Notes: generated from the sequence alone by a model not told the origin. 64,000 nucleotides of DNA from Spirochaetia bacterium (GCA_965203905.1 CBDBDQ010000005.1:5792001-5856000), one strand, 5' to 3'. Counted from the first letter of the stretch, positions 1 through 10,252 are shown. Numbers and translations are program-made.

Positions 1-178
1 GCGGGTTCTCCAGCCAGACAAGGTGCAGGAACTCTTCGCTACCCCGCTCTGCCTCCGGAGTCTTACTGATCCGCTCCAGGAAATCGGCGTTCCTGACAAT
101 CGATTCTGGATCAAGTCGGCGTTCCGCTTCGCGACACGCGTTCTGCAGCCCTTCCTTTGTGCTCAGGTCAAAACGCAA
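1..178 (-). CDS. N-terminal part of a hypothetical protein running off the window edge
   Basis: Hand translation from TTG at 178: MRFDLSTKEGLQNACREAERRLDPESIVRNADFLERISKTPEAERGSEEFLHLVWLENP, open to position 1. Confidence 0.4.
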   Translation of the reverse strand, partial: MRFDLSTKEGLQNACREAERRLDPESIVRNADFLERISKTPEAERGSEEFLHLVWLENP

Positions 179-219
179 CTCTTCGCCTCAGTTATTCGTC
201 GCGCCGTCCATGTTGCATT

Positions 220-432
220 TCAACGGTGCCAGCTTCGCTCGCTTCGAACACCTGCTCGCCACGGTCGATCCCGGCACCGGATCGTAATCCGAGCCGCCAG
301 TCGTCGCCGGAAAGCTGCTCGAGTCACCCCTTGCAGCGCCAAGTCAACGGTGTCATTGGCTCCCGAGGTTCCAAGCGCTTGCTGAGCTTGAGCGAGTTGA
401 TGTTTGTCGATTTCGAGTGATGTGCGTCTCAT
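220..432 (-). CDS. VapB-type antitoxin, probably orphan with a degenerate C-terminus
   Basis: MRRTSLEID...LAQAQQALGT...DTVDLAL resembles the RHH VapB pattern; no toxin downstream. Confidence 0.55.
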   Translation of the reverse strand: MRRTSLEIDKHQLAQAQQALGTSGANDTVDLALQGVTRAAFRRRLAARITIRCRDRPWRAGVRSERSWHR

Positions 433-478
433 GGCCGAGATTCAGTATACAAGAACCGCCGGAAGAACATCTGTTCGG

Positions 479-643
479 TCAGCATGACACCACGGGCCGC
501 GCATTTTCGAGGCGGAGACCCGCGATGCGGCCGAAGTGGCATGTGTTGGCGTTTATGAGGGTCAGGAGTCACTCATTGGCGATCGCTGCGATGCTCAGGT
601 CGGGCTCCGCAGGGCATGCCGGTATCGAACGGCCTGCCGTCAT
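479..643 (-). pseudogene. Decayed PIN-domain (VapC) toxin
   Basis: Directly after the Phd antitoxin stop; reads EPDLSIAAIANE*LLTLINANTCHFGRIAGLRLEN (VapC C-terminal motif) with an in-frame TGA; most of the middle is missing. Confidence 0.65.
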
Positions 644-936
644 TCGAATCGAGGGGGCGGTCGGTCTGTCGCCTGATTGCGAGTGGCGTGCACTTCGCCC
701 ATTCGGTCGTCGAGATCGTGCCAGTCGGCGAGCGTGCCTGCTATGGCCGCCAATCCGACGGGACGATCCGGGCGTGACGGACTCACTTCGTCCGGGGGAA
801 CGAGCGCCATCACCGGCGTACCGCGACGAGCAACGACAATCCGGTCGCCGGCACCAACCCGAGCGACCCGCTCGCGGAAGTTTCGCTTGGCCTCGGTAAC
901 GCTATAGCGGGCGACTCGGTCGGTCATGTCATTCAA
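640..936 (-). CDS. Phd/YefM family antitoxin
   Basis: SVTEAKRNF...V.AGDRIVVARRGTPVMALVP pattern. Confidence 0.8.
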   Translation of the reverse strand: MNDMTDRVARYSVTEAKRNFRERVARVGAGDRIVVARRGTPVMALVPPDEVSPSRPDRPVGLAAIAGTLADWHDLDDRMGEVHATRNQATDRPPPRFE

Positions 937-958
937 TCTGCCGAATCATGGAATTTCG

Positions 959-2347
959 TCAAGCCCTCGGCAGCACGGTGCGGAGTTGGTCGATGAAGCG
1001 CGGCAAGGCTTCCACGGCGTAGAGCGGCAGAGAGAGCAGTTGCAGGGTGACGGGTTGTAGGCCGTCGGCGGTGCGGATGGTATGACGGACGGTCTGCAGG
1101 CTCGGCGGGTTGGTGTCGAAGCGGACGGCAAGGGGCGGACGCTTCTCGTGGGCGAATTGCAGCAGCGACTTGAGCGAGCCGCTGCGGCCGGCCTTTACCT
1201 CGACGGGAACGATCCAGTCCCCGCGGGAGATCACGTAGTCGACCTCGGCGTTTCCCTTCCGCGCCTTACGCAGCCAGTAGTGCAGGACCGGGGGCCGCTC
1301 GCCCGCACCGAGGGCCGTCAACTCCTGGCCTACGTACTGCTCGGCAATGCCGCCTTCGTTTACCAGGCGGGCTCCATCCATGGCATCGACGGTAGGTACA
1401 TCAACGCCGCACACGTGATTCATCAAGCCGACATCCATGAACAGAAGTTTGAAGGTGCGGTCGTCGACCGCGGCGCCGAGCGGCAGCCCCGAGCAGTGGC
1501 TGTGGAGGACGCGGTGGCAGAGCCGCGCCTTCACGAGCAGGTCGATCGCATCACGTACCTCGCCTGCGCGTGACTCGTGGTCCAGGGTACGATATACGAC
1601 CTTGCGGCCCACGGAGCCCGGAATGCTGCGAAAAAGGCGCTGCAGGCGAACGAGCTGGGAGTTTCTGGCGTACTTTGCGAAGTCATCCTCGTAGGTTTCC
1701 GCAATCGACCGGTGCACCGCCGCCACCTCGATCGGCGACCCGGCCGACTCGCCGTGGGCCAGCACCGCCTCCGGCAGTCCGCCTACCAGCAGGTACTCCC
1801 GGCAGCGCCGGAGCAAGCGGCGGTGCGCGGCTTCCGGGGGTGGTACGGCAAGCTCCAGCGCGGCGAGGTGCTCGGCCAGCCCGGGGTCCGCGGCCCGGAG
1901 GTACTCGGCTAATGACATCGGGCCCACGTGCAGGTATTCGATCCGGCCGACCGGCATGGAGAAGGAATGATCGGCGAGGACGAACTCCAACAGCGAACCC
2001 GCGGCGACAACCGGAAAATCGGGCCGATCTTCGTAGAGATAGCGCAGCGCCTGCAGCGCATGAGGTGCCGCCTGTACTTCGTCGAGGAACAGGATCGATC
2101 CTGCGAGCCGTACTCCGCCAACCGCCTCCAACTCGCGGGTGATTCGATCGGTGTCCAGGCTGCTGAACACGCCGTCGAGGTACAGGTTGCGTTCGAGGTT
2201 CACCTCGCACAGGTCCATGCCGGCGCCGGCGGCGAACTGTCGGACCAGGGCGGTCTTCCCCACCTGCCGCGCCCCGCGAAGCACGAGCGGTTTGCGTCGG
2301 CGGCGCGCCAGCCAGCGGCGCAGAATCTGTTCAGCGAACCTCTCCAT
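959..2347 (-). CDS. AAA_14 ATPase with C-terminal DUF4143/nuclease-like domain
   Basis: GARQVGKT Walker A, LFLDEVQ Walker B, AAGSLL, PVGR, EVDYV...PVEVKAG. Confidence 0.88.
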   Translation of the reverse strand: MERFAEQILRRWLARRRRKPLVLRGARQVGKTALVRQFAAGAGMDLCEVNLERNLYLDGVFSSLDTDRITRELEAVGGVRLAGSILFLDEVQAAPHALQALRYLYEDRPDFPVVAAGSLLEFVLADHSFSMPVGRIEYLHVGPMSLAEYLRAADPGLAEHLAALELAVPPPEAAHRRLLRRCREYLLVGGLPEAVLAHGESAGSPIEVAAVHRSIAETYEDDFAKYARNSQLVRLQRLFRSIPGSVGRKVVYRTLDHESRAGEVRDAIDLLVKARLCHRVLHSHCSGLPLGAAVDDRTFKLLFMDVGLMNHVCGVDVPTVDAMDGARLVNEGGIAEQYVGQELTALGAGERPPVLHYWLRKARKGNAEVDYVISRGDWIVPVEVKAGRSGSLKSLLQFAHEKRPPLAVRFDTNPPSLQTVRHTIRTADGLQPVTLQLLSLPLYAVEALPRFIDQLRTVLPRA

Positions 2348-2466
2348 CGCCAAGACACGTCAATAATATCAAACTAACTAACAAAATAGACGTGTATTTT
2401 AGCACGACGCGTGACAAATGATTCCAGTGCCAGGCGTGGGCCGCGCGAGCCCGTGAGCGGGTCGCG

Positions 2467-2544
2467 GCGGATCCCTACCTCAGGGTGGTGGCGGTCGGTC
2501 CGCTGACCAACCTGGCGCTGGCCATCGCGCGCGACCCCGCCTGG
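2467..2544 (+). pseudogene. Short remnant of a second nucleoside hydrolase gene
   Basis: Encodes VVAVGPLTNLALAIARDPAW; close DNA match to ~4343-4420 inside the intact hydrolase. Confidence 0.6.
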
Positions 2545-3893
2545 GATGGGCCGGGAAGCGGCAACGGCCGCCGGGATGGCGGCCGCTGCCGGGTGCTCCC
2601 GGGAGGAAGGAGGCCATACTTGTAGAAGAACTGGGGGGCGAAGTTGTTGAGGTTCAGGCCCTCCTCGAACCAGGGGTGCGGAACGTCGGGCGTGTTGCCG
2701 ATGTTGGGGCGCGAGATGAACACCATCGGCGACAGGCCGATCGTGCCGATCGTGCCGATCGTGCCGATCGTGAACAGGTTATCGGCCATCCACCGATGGA
2801 ACCGGGTGCTCGCGTCGAAATACTCCTCGCTGTTGTAGACGAGGTTGATGCGGTTGCGGGCGAGCGTAAGCATCTCCTTGATCTCGTCCGGCGGCTCTTC
2901 GCCGGGCAGCACGCCGCCCTCGAAGTCGTCGAGGCTCGCCTGTCCTGCTTCGATCCGCTCGTTGGCTTCGAACCACAGCCACCAAACCGGAGCATGAGAC
3001 TGGAAGCCGGCCATGTCGCGCGACAGGAAGGTGTACATCTCGATGCCGTGCACCGGGTGACTGATCACGTCGGTATCAGGAGCTCGCGTGCGCTCGAACC
3101 ACATGTTGCCGCCCACTTCCTTGACCTGCACCTCGAAGCCCAGGTCCTCCCAGAATTCCTTGACCAGCTCGTGGCCCAGTGCAATGCCGTGGTGGATGAT
3201 CGAGGCATATTCGATGGTGAGCAGGATCTTGCGCCCCTCGGCATCGCGGCGCAGGCCGTCGGAGCCGCGGGTCAGGCCCAGCTCGTCCAGCATGCGGTTG
3301 GCCTCGTACGGAGCGTAGCGGGCATATGGATGACTCTCCGCCCACTCCGCCTGGTAGAAGCTGGTGCCGGGAAGCACCGACGCGTGGCGCGGGGTGGCAA
3401 AGCCGGAGAAGGCGACGCGGTTGACCTCGTCGCGGTCGATGCCGAGCGACATCGCCTGCCGGAACTTGAGGTTGTTGGTACAGCTCGCGGCGCACCGGGT
3501 CGGGGTGGTTGAGGTTGAATCCGTAGGCTGCCTCGTTGCCCTCCACGCCCGGGATCAGCTTGACCACGTAGTTGCCGGCCTCCTCGTTCTGCTTGTACAG
3601 GGTGTAGTTGTCGAGCGTGGCGGAGAGGAACGCGATGTCGGCCTCGCCGGCGATGATCTTCAGGTCGTAGGTCTCCTTCTCGACCAGCTCGGAAACGATC
3701 TTGTCCACGTAGGGAAGCTGGTTGCCGGCCTGGTCCACCTGGTGGAAGTAGGGGTTGCGCACGTACGCGCGAATCGTGGTGGTCTGCTCGGTGAACATCC
3801 ACGGGTCGATGCGCGGGCGGTCAAGGTCATGGGTGGGCACGATACTGACGTGATGGTTGAACGCCTCGCCCCAGTTCTCGAAGCCCAAATCGC
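2475..3893 (-). pseudogene. Truncated, frameshifted peptide/nickel-type (family 5) ABC substrate-binding protein
   Basis: RNPYFHQVDQAGNQLPYVD and FNLNHPDP in one frame continue as KFRQAMSLGIDRDE in another (frameshift near 3477); N-terminus absent; 9-bp tandem repeat gives TIGTIGTIG. Confidence 0.8.
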
Positions 3894-4021
3894 AGTGTAC
3901 GTGGCCGCGAAAAATGGTGCCAGTGCGGGCGGGTGCGCTTGGCGTGCAAGCGTAGGGCCGCGTCGAGCAGCGCTGACGAGATGGGTTCCGGCGCGGCTGG
4001 TTGCGGGGTATGGTCGGCCTC

Positions 4022-4930
4022 ATGAAGCGCATGATCATCGACTGCGATCCCGGCCTCGACGACGCCATTGCGCTCATCCTCGCGCACTGGTGTGCCGAAA
4101 TAGTGGGGATCACCACGGTGAGCGGCAACGTGCCGCTGGCGGCCACCACCGCCAACGCGCTGATGCTGACCGCGCTGCTGGACGTGGACACCCCGGTGCA
4201 CGGCGGAGCATCGCGCCCGCTTGCCGAGGAACCCACCTACGCGGGGCACGTGCACGGGGAGTCGGGCATGGGCGACTTCGAAGCGCCGGCGCACGACCGC
4301 ACCGCTGCCAGCGACGACGCGGTGTCGTTTCTGCTCGACGCGGCGGAGCCCGACCTGTGGGTGGTGGCAGTCGGACCGCTGACCAACCTGGCGCTGGCGA
4401 TCGAGCGCGACCCGGCCTGGGTGAAACGGATCGCCGGCATCTCGATCATGGGCGGCAGCACCGCGGGCGGCAACGTGACAGCGGCCGCCGAGTTCAACAT
4501 CTACGCCGATCCGGAGGCGGCGGCGCGGGTGTTCGCCTCAGGCGCCGAGATCAGAATGTGCGGACTGAACCTGACCGACCAGGTGCAGACCGGCGATGCG
4601 CTGGCTGCCAAACTGCGTGCTGCCGGTACGCCGCTGGCGCGGTTCGCCGCCCAGTTGTTCGACTTCCTGCACGGGGTTATGGAGGACCTGCTCGGCGAGC
4701 GCGCCAGTTCGCTGCACGACCCCTGCGCGGTGCTGGCGGTCACTCATCCCGAGCTGTTCGAGTTCGCGCCGCGGGCAGTCGGCGTGGAGTTGGCAGGCGC
4801 CCTCACCCGCGGCATGACCGTGGTCGACGAGCGGCCGGGACGCCTCGGCGGGCCGCCCAACGCCCAGGTTGCCTACCGCATCGACGCGGCACGCGCCATG
4901 GCGCTGGTGCGGGAGTCGCTGGGCGCGTGA
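4022..4930 (+). CDS. Inosine/uridine-preferring nucleoside hydrolase
   Basis: IIDCDPGLDDA, GPLTNLA, AEFNIYADPEAA and LHDP motifs. Confidence 0.93.
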   Translation: MKRMIIDCDPGLDDAIALILAHWCAEIVGITTVSGNVPLAATTANALMLTALLDVDTPVHGGASRPLAEEPTYAGHVHGESGMGDFEAPAHDRTAASDDAVSFLLDAAEPDLWVVAVGPLTNLALAIERDPAWVKRIAGISIMGGSTAGGNVTAAAEFNIYADPEAAARVFASGAEIRMCGLNLTDQVQTGDALAAKLRAAGTPLARFAAQLFDFLHGVMEDLLGERASSLHDPCAVLAVTHPELFEFAPRAVGVELAGALTRGMTVVDERPGRLGGPPNAQVAYRIDAARAMALVRESLGA

Positions 4931-4940
4931 CGGCCGGACC

Positions 4941-5771
4941 TTACTCGGAGCCGGCGATCACCGTGTCGCGGCCGAGCCCCTCGGGGCCCAGTCCCAGGTA
5001 GCCGCCGTCCACCGGCAGGTCGGCGCCGGTCACGAACGAGGCGTCGTCGCTGAGCAGGAACAGGATCGGCCCGGCACACTCCAGCGGCTCGCCGCAGCGC
5101 TCCAGCATGTGGAAACGGCCCCAGATCGGGCCCCACTTGTCGCGCCCGCCGCCATCCATCTGCGCCGCCTTCAGCACCTCGCGGGTCCAGATCCAGCCCG
5201 GGCTGACGCTGTTGACGCGGATGCCGTACGGAGCCAGGTCGAGGGCCATGCAGCGGGTCAGGTTGTGCACCGCGCCCTTGGCGGCGTTGTAGGTCCAGCG
5301 CTGCGGCTGCGCGATGTGCGCGGAGATGCTGGACACGTTGACGATCGCCCCGCCGCCGCCGGCGCGCATCGGCTCGGCGACCGCGGAGGTCATGGTGGCG
5401 TAGGCCACCGGTCCCACCTGCAGGCTGCGCTCCCACTCCTCCCGCCGCGCGGCCAAGCCCGCGGCAATGAACGAGAAGGCGTTGTTCACCAGGTAGTCCA
5501 CCCTGCCCCACCGCGCCACCGTGTCGGCCACCAGCCGCCGGCAGAACGCCTCGTCGGCCAGGTCGCCGCACAGCCCCAGCACGTCGTGGCCGGCGTCCGC
5601 CAGCTCGCGTCCGGCCTGCTCCACCAGCTCGGGTTCGATCCCGGCGAAGGCCACCGCGGCCCCCTCGCGGCACAGCTCCCCGACCACGGCGCGGCCGATC
5701 CCCGCCGACCCGCCGGTGACCACGGCGCAGCGCCCGGCAAAACGGCCGTCGATTGCGTTCCTCTGGTTCAT
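4941..5771 (-). CDS. SDR family oxidoreductase
   Basis: TGGSAGIG, VNNA, YNAAK catalytic YxxxK, VDGG. Confidence 0.93.
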   Translation of the reverse strand: MNQRNAIDGRFAGRCAVVTGGSAGIGRAVVGELCREGAAVAFAGIEPELVEQAGRELADAGHDVLGLCGDLADEAFCRRLVADTVARWGRVDYLVNNAFSFIAAGLAARREEWERSLQVGPVAYATMTSAVAEPMRAGGGGAIVNVSSISAHIAQPQRWTYNAAKGAVHNLTRCMALDLAPYGIRVNSVSPGWIWTREVLKAAQMDGGGRDKWGPIWGRFHMLERCGEPLECAGPILFLLSDDASFVTGADLPVDGGYLGLGPEGLGRDTVIAGSE

Positions 5772-5909
5772 GGGTTGACCAAGACTCTCGGAGATCGACT
5801 ACCGCCGCGTCAAGCAGCTCGGAGCAGTGGGAGCACTGGCATCTTCCCGGCGTCCAGGTATGCCGCAGTCCGTTGCACAACCGGGTCGGATTGGGCAGCC
5901 TCAGGCATC

Positions 5910-6578
5910 GTGAGCGCGGTTGGATTTCGCGTCCACGTCATGGGCAACAGCGGATCGGGCAAGACGACGCTCGCCGCACGGCTGGCGCAGGCGCTGGACG
6001 CTGACCTGGTAGAGCTCGACGCGCTCAACTGGGAACCGGGGTGGGTCGCGCTCAACGAGTCGGCCCCGGAGGAGTTGGAACGCCGCTTTCGTGCCGCTAC
6101 CGAAGGTAAACGCTGGGTGAGCGCCGGGTCGTACACCCGCCTGTGCCAGCGCGCCTTCTGGCCGCGGCTCGATACCATCGTGTGGCTGGATATGCCGTTG
6201 CGGGTGTGTGTCTGGCGGCTGCTGCGGCGCACCTGGCGGCGCTGGCGTTCGCGCGAACTGCTGTGGGGCACCAACTACGAGCGGCTGGGCCACCTGCTGA
6301 AGATCTGGCGCCGGGACAACCTGCTGCTGTGGACCGTGACCCAACACGCCCGCAAGCGGAACGCCATGCTTGCCCACCTGGCCGATCCCAGGTGGACCCA
6401 CATCCGCTTCGTACGGCTGACCTCGGCGCGCGAAGTGGAGGCGTTTGTCGCCGCGGTCGCTGCTCGCTCGTGCTCCAGCGGTCAGCACCGTAATGCGATG
6501 AGGACGCCGGAGATAAGGCACCGGACGATACTTGTGCTGGACGCCATGGGAGTGATGTATCAGCCCGCGGCACGGTAA
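5910..6578 (+). CDS. Adenylate-kinase-like P-loop protein (FlaR/topology-modulation family)
   Basis: VHVMGNSGSGKTTLA, ELDALNW, DTIVWLD; start taken at GTG 5910. Confidence 0.8.
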   Translation: MSAVGFRVHVMGNSGSGKTTLAARLAQALDADLVELDALNWEPGWVALNESAPEELERRFRAATEGKRWVSAGSYTRLCQRAFWPRLDTIVWLDMPLRVCVWRLLRRTWRRWRSRELLWGTNYERLGHLLKIWRRDNLLLWTVTQHARKRNAMLAHLADPRWTHIRFVRLTSAREVEAFVAAVAARSCSSGQHRNAMRTPEIRHRTILVLDAMGVMYQPAAR

Positions 6579-6678
6579 CACCGCCCGCGACGAGCGCGCG
6601 TGGCCCGAACACGGCGGTGGAGAATCCAACCGCGATGGCGGCGTACCGGCCGGCGGCCACGCCTCGCGACAGGCGATG

Positions 6679-7731
6679 CTACAGGAGATCCTCGTTCAGG
6701 CGGACCCCGAATCCCGGCTCGTCGCCCGGTTCGATGGTGCCGTCGATCACCTCCGGCTCGCCCAGCCACAAGTCTTCGCGCGGCTCCTGCCAGCGCTGCG
6801 GCATGGTCTCGGCAAGGTCCAGGCAGTCGGTCGCCACGATCAGGTGCAGTCCCCACGGCTCGCCGCCGCGGTGCGGAACCACCGGCACGCCGTGGCGGCG
6901 CGCCAGCTCCAGGATGCGCAGCGTGCCGGTGATGCCCCCGGCCCAGGTCACGTCCGGCTGCCACAGGTCGAGCGCACGGTGGCGGGCGATCGCCGCGAAC
7001 GCCGCCGGCGTGAAGTCGTGCTCGCCGCCCGCCAGCAGCACCGGCTTGATGCGCGGGCGCAGCGCGGCCAGTTCGGCCAGGTGCTCAGGGGTCGCCACGT
7101 CCTCGAACCAGTACGGCGCGTACGGCGCCAGCAGCTCGCCCATGCGGGCGGCCACCGCCACCGGCCACGACAGGTAGCAGTCGACCATCAGGCGCGCCGC
7201 GGGTCCCAGCGCCGCCCGCGCGGCCGCCAACCGCTCGCCGGCGCTGTCGAAGTCCGCCTCGGTCCGCCAGCGGTGGGACAGCTTCAGCGCCCCGTAGCCG
7301 TAGCGCGCCGCCAGCTCCAGGTCGCCGCCGGTGGCGTAGGCGGTCACCCGTTCCTTGGTGCGCGGGCCGATCAGCCGGTGCACCGGAACCCGCTCCGCGC
7401 GCGCCAGCGCGTCCCAGAGCGCCAGGTCGACCCCGCTCAGCGCCATCTGTGCCAGGCCGCCTCGCCCGTAGGGGATCGAAACCCGGTACAGTTCATCCCA
7501 CGCCGCGGCGATGTCGTCGACGCCGTCGAGCGAGCGCCCCACCAGAAACCGGCGCAGGTGGTCGTTGATCACCTGCACCGCCGGCTGACCGCCGCCACCG
7601 TAGCCGTGGCCGACCACCCCCACGTCGGTGTCCACGCGCACCGCGATCTGCCAGAAGTGAGCCTGCCACGCAGCGGCCGGCGGCAGGCGACGCCACTTGG
7701 GGTAGGCAGCCCGCACCTCGGTTACCGTCAT
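6679..7731 (-). CDS. Mandelate racemase/enolase-superfamily acid-sugar dehydratase
   Basis: SGVDLALWD, LMVDCY, WFED, GGEH, QPDVTWAGG, PGFG. Confidence 0.9.
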   Translation of the reverse strand: MTVTEVRAAYPKWRRLPPAAAWQAHFWQIAVRVDTDVGVVGHGYGGGGQPAVQVINDHLRRFLVGRSLDGVDDIAAAWDELYRVSIPYGRGGLAQMALSGVDLALWDALARAERVPVHRLIGPRTKERVTAYATGGDLELAARYGYGALKLSHRWRTEADFDSAGERLAAARAALGPAARLMVDCYLSWPVAVAARMGELLAPYAPYWFEDVATPEHLAELAALRPRIKPVLLAGGEHDFTPAAFAAIARHRALDLWQPDVTWAGGITGTLRILELARRHGVPVVPHRGGEPWGLHLIVATDCLDLAETMPQRWQEPREDLWLGEPEVIDGTIEPGDEPGFGVRLNEDLL

Positions 7732-7874
7732 CGGTACCACGTTACCGTCGGAACGGCCCGGGTTCCCATTGGGCGGTGCACCGACCGTGTGATCGCGGCG
7801 CCGCGGGCCGGCTGCCAACCTCCTTGGTGAGGCCCGGTTGAGATCCCAAATCCTCGCCTAAGCACCGAATTCTC

Positions 7875-8101
7875 TCGCGAATTCGCGAATCGGCAGAACT
7901 TCCCGAATCTACTCTGAAGTTCGCGATTTCGCGAAATATCGGACTCCCTAGGCAAAATATCGAACGAGTGCAAGTAAATCGTTTCTCCAAAAAAAGTTGA
8001 TGAGAACAGTCAACATCGTAGACCAATGAGATGAAAATCAATCTGTCAAATTCACGAATTGGCGCGAGTCGCGAAACTGACCAAAATTCGCCATTTCGCG
8101 A
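7875..8101. repeat. Cluster of TCGCGA palindromes in an AT-rich intergenic region
   Basis: TCGCGA at 7875, 7883, 7921, 7929, 8069 and 8096; perfect 14-bp palindrome TCGCGAATTCGCGA at 7875-7888. Confidence 0.5.
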
Positions 8102-8303
8102 ATGGACCGATGGAGTGTCATTTTAAGTCTATACAACGCTTGGGAACGCAAATTCATGCTCTACAATACTTTGCGTAAGATTCAGCATGGGCGGCGAGGG
8201 CCAGTGAGGTTTCCAAGTTGTTGACCGGCACGGATCGAACGGACCACACTCGCCTCCGCAGAAGTCTTCGACTGATAGTCGGATCCCATGTAATTGTGAA
8301 GCG

Positions 8304-10166
8304 ATGATCTACAGAATCATGCGGCACAGCACCGCCGGGCTGCTGGCGGCGGTACTCTTGCTCTTTGGGGCGGCCGTGGTGCCGGCGGACGATGCCCCGG
8401 GAGTGGCGTGGCGCTTGGTGCGAGGCGGTGGCGGATTGACCTCCGCTAAGGGAACAACCGGCATGGACCTGCGGGGCGTCGCTTCGAACGGCGAAATCTA
8501 CGTCGCGGTTGGAGCTGCGGGAACCATCGCCCACAGCAGCGACGGCAACCGCTGGGTCGAGGCAAGCAGCTTCGGCGCTACCGAAAACTGGCTCAATGAC
8601 GTCGCCTGGGGTAACGACCGCTTCGTGGCAGTCGGCGACTACACCATCATTCACAGCAACGATGGCGATCTCTGGCAGTCGGCGAGACGAGTCGATTGGT
8701 ACAGTTTGGTGAGTGTTGCCTGGGGCAACGGGCGCTTCGTCGCGGTCGGCGACGACGGCACGGTAGTGCTCAGCGACGACGGCATCCATTGGCGAGAAGC
8801 ACGGGAACGCGTTGCCCACGCCAACCTTAGCAGCATCGCTTGGGGTGGCCATCGGTTCGTTGCGGTCGGAGACGCTGGCATTATCGTGCATAGCGAGGAT
8901 GGAGACCGCTGGCATCCGGCAGGAGACACCGCCACCTCGACTGCGCTCTACGGCGTCGCCTGGAGTGGTAAACGGTTCGTGGCAGTCGGCGGCGACAACC
9001 TCCTGCACAGCAGCGATGGCGAACGCTGGCAGCCGGTCAGTAGCTTGGCAGGCGGAGACTCCGGATGGCTTCACGATGTCGCGTGGAGCGGAGGGCGCTT
9101 CGTGGCGGTTGGCGACTATGCGATCCTGTACAGCAGCGACGGTGATCGCTGGCAGCCGGCGACCACGCACATCGACACCCCACTCACCGGTGTCGCCGGG
9201 AGCGCCGCAGGATTCGTGGCCGTCGGCTGGGGCGGGACGATCCTGCACAGCAGCGACGGGATCCGCTGGGATGCCGCAACCGAGGTTGGCGACGGCGTTC
9301 CTCTTCCCGATCTCGATGGTGTCGCCTGGAGTGGTGAACGGTTCGTGGCCGTCAGCGGCAGGACCGACTCCATCGTGCACAGTCTGGACGGGGAGCACTG
9401 GCAGGAAGCAGCGGCGGCGATGCCCCTGTACGGTCTGAGTGGCGTCGCGTGGGCCGGCGACCGGTTCGTGGCCGCCGGCCACTCGATAGGACTCAGCGAA
9501 GATGGTATCCGGTGGCGCAACTCGCGCATGTGGGTGCACGGTGACCTCACCGCGGTGGCATGGAATGGAGAACTCCACGTAGCGGTAGGCCACGAGGGGG
9601 TGATCCTACACAGCGACAACGGAGACTGGTGGTCACCGGCTGCCGACAGCGCAACCGCGGAGACCCTGACCGACGTAGCCTGGAATGGCGAACGCTTCGT
9701 CGCTGTAGGCCACCACGGCGCCATCGTGCATAGCAGCGACGGTGATCACTGGCAGCCAGCGAGCGAGCCCGCCGTGCCGTTCCGGGCCGCACGCCCGGAT
9801 GACGCCCCGCACCGGGTCTACTACAGCTTCAGCGGGATCGTCTGGAACGGCGAGCGCTTCGTCGCGGTCGGATGGGGAGGTAATGACAACTTAGGCGCGG
9901 TGGTGCACAGCAGCGATGGTGATCGCTGGGAGTTGGCCGCCGATCACGACCACCTCGCCGACGAGCACTTCAACGCGATCGCGTGGAGCGGCAAACTGTT
10001 CGTGGCGGTCAGCTACTTCGATGGCACGATCATGCTCAGTACGGACGGCGACCGTTGGGAGCGGACCACTGAGATTGCGACCGTCGACACCCTGGAAGAC
10101 ATCACCTGGGGCAACGGGCGCTTCGTGGCGGTGGGACGCAACGGAACCATCGTCGTCAGTCCGTGA
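8304..10166 (+). CDS. Secreted beta-propeller repeat protein (14 blades)
   Basis: Signal peptide followed by 14 repeats of consensus LxxVAWxGxRFVAVGxxGxIxHSxDGxxW. Confidence 0.88.
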   Translation: MIYRIMRHSTAGLLAAVLLLFGAAVVPADDAPGVAWRLVRGGGGLTSAKGTTGMDLRGVASNGEIYVAVGAAGTIAHSSDGNRWVEASSFGATENWLNDVAWGNDRFVAVGDYTIIHSNDGDLWQSARRVDWYSLVSVAWGNGRFVAVGDDGTVVLSDDGIHWREARERVAHANLSSIAWGGHRFVAVGDAGIIVHSEDGDRWHPAGDTATSTALYGVAWSGKRFVAVGGDNLLHSSDGERWQPVSSLAGGDSGWLHDVAWSGGRFVAVGDYAILYSSDGDRWQPATTHIDTPLTGVAGSAAGFVAVGWGGTILHSSDGIRWDAATEVGDGVPLPDLDGVAWSGERFVAVSGRTDSIVHSLDGEHWQEAAAAMPLYGLSGVAWAGDRFVAAGHSIGLSEDGIRWRNSRMWVHGDLTAVAWNGELHVAVGHEGVILHSDNGDWWSPAADSATAETLTDVAWNGERFVAVGHHGAIVHSSDGDHWQPASEPAVPFRAARPDDAPHRVYYSFSGIVWNGERFVAVGWGGNDNLGAVVHSSDGDRWELAADHDHLADEHFNAIAWSGKLFVAVSYFDGTIMLSTDGDRWERTTEIATVDTLEDITWGNGRFVAVGRNGTIVVSP

Positions 10167-10252
10167 CTGCGCCGCGAGTTGGACGAGGACGCCGCGGCGC
10201 CAGCCAAGGATGGTGACGTCCGTACGACCGGCCACCGCTGGGAGGACGAACG

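Noticed and set aside
3364-5909. Long Arg/Gly/Pro-rich ORFs (545 aa, and the N-terminal part of the 569-aa ORF)
   Set aside because: Shadow frames of high-GC genes with no motifs.
8304-10166. Regular ~120-bp periodic repeats that could look like a CRISPR or DNA repeat array
   Set aside because: They are degenerate in-frame protein repeats (propeller blades) with no identical repeat-spacer structure and no cas genes nearby.
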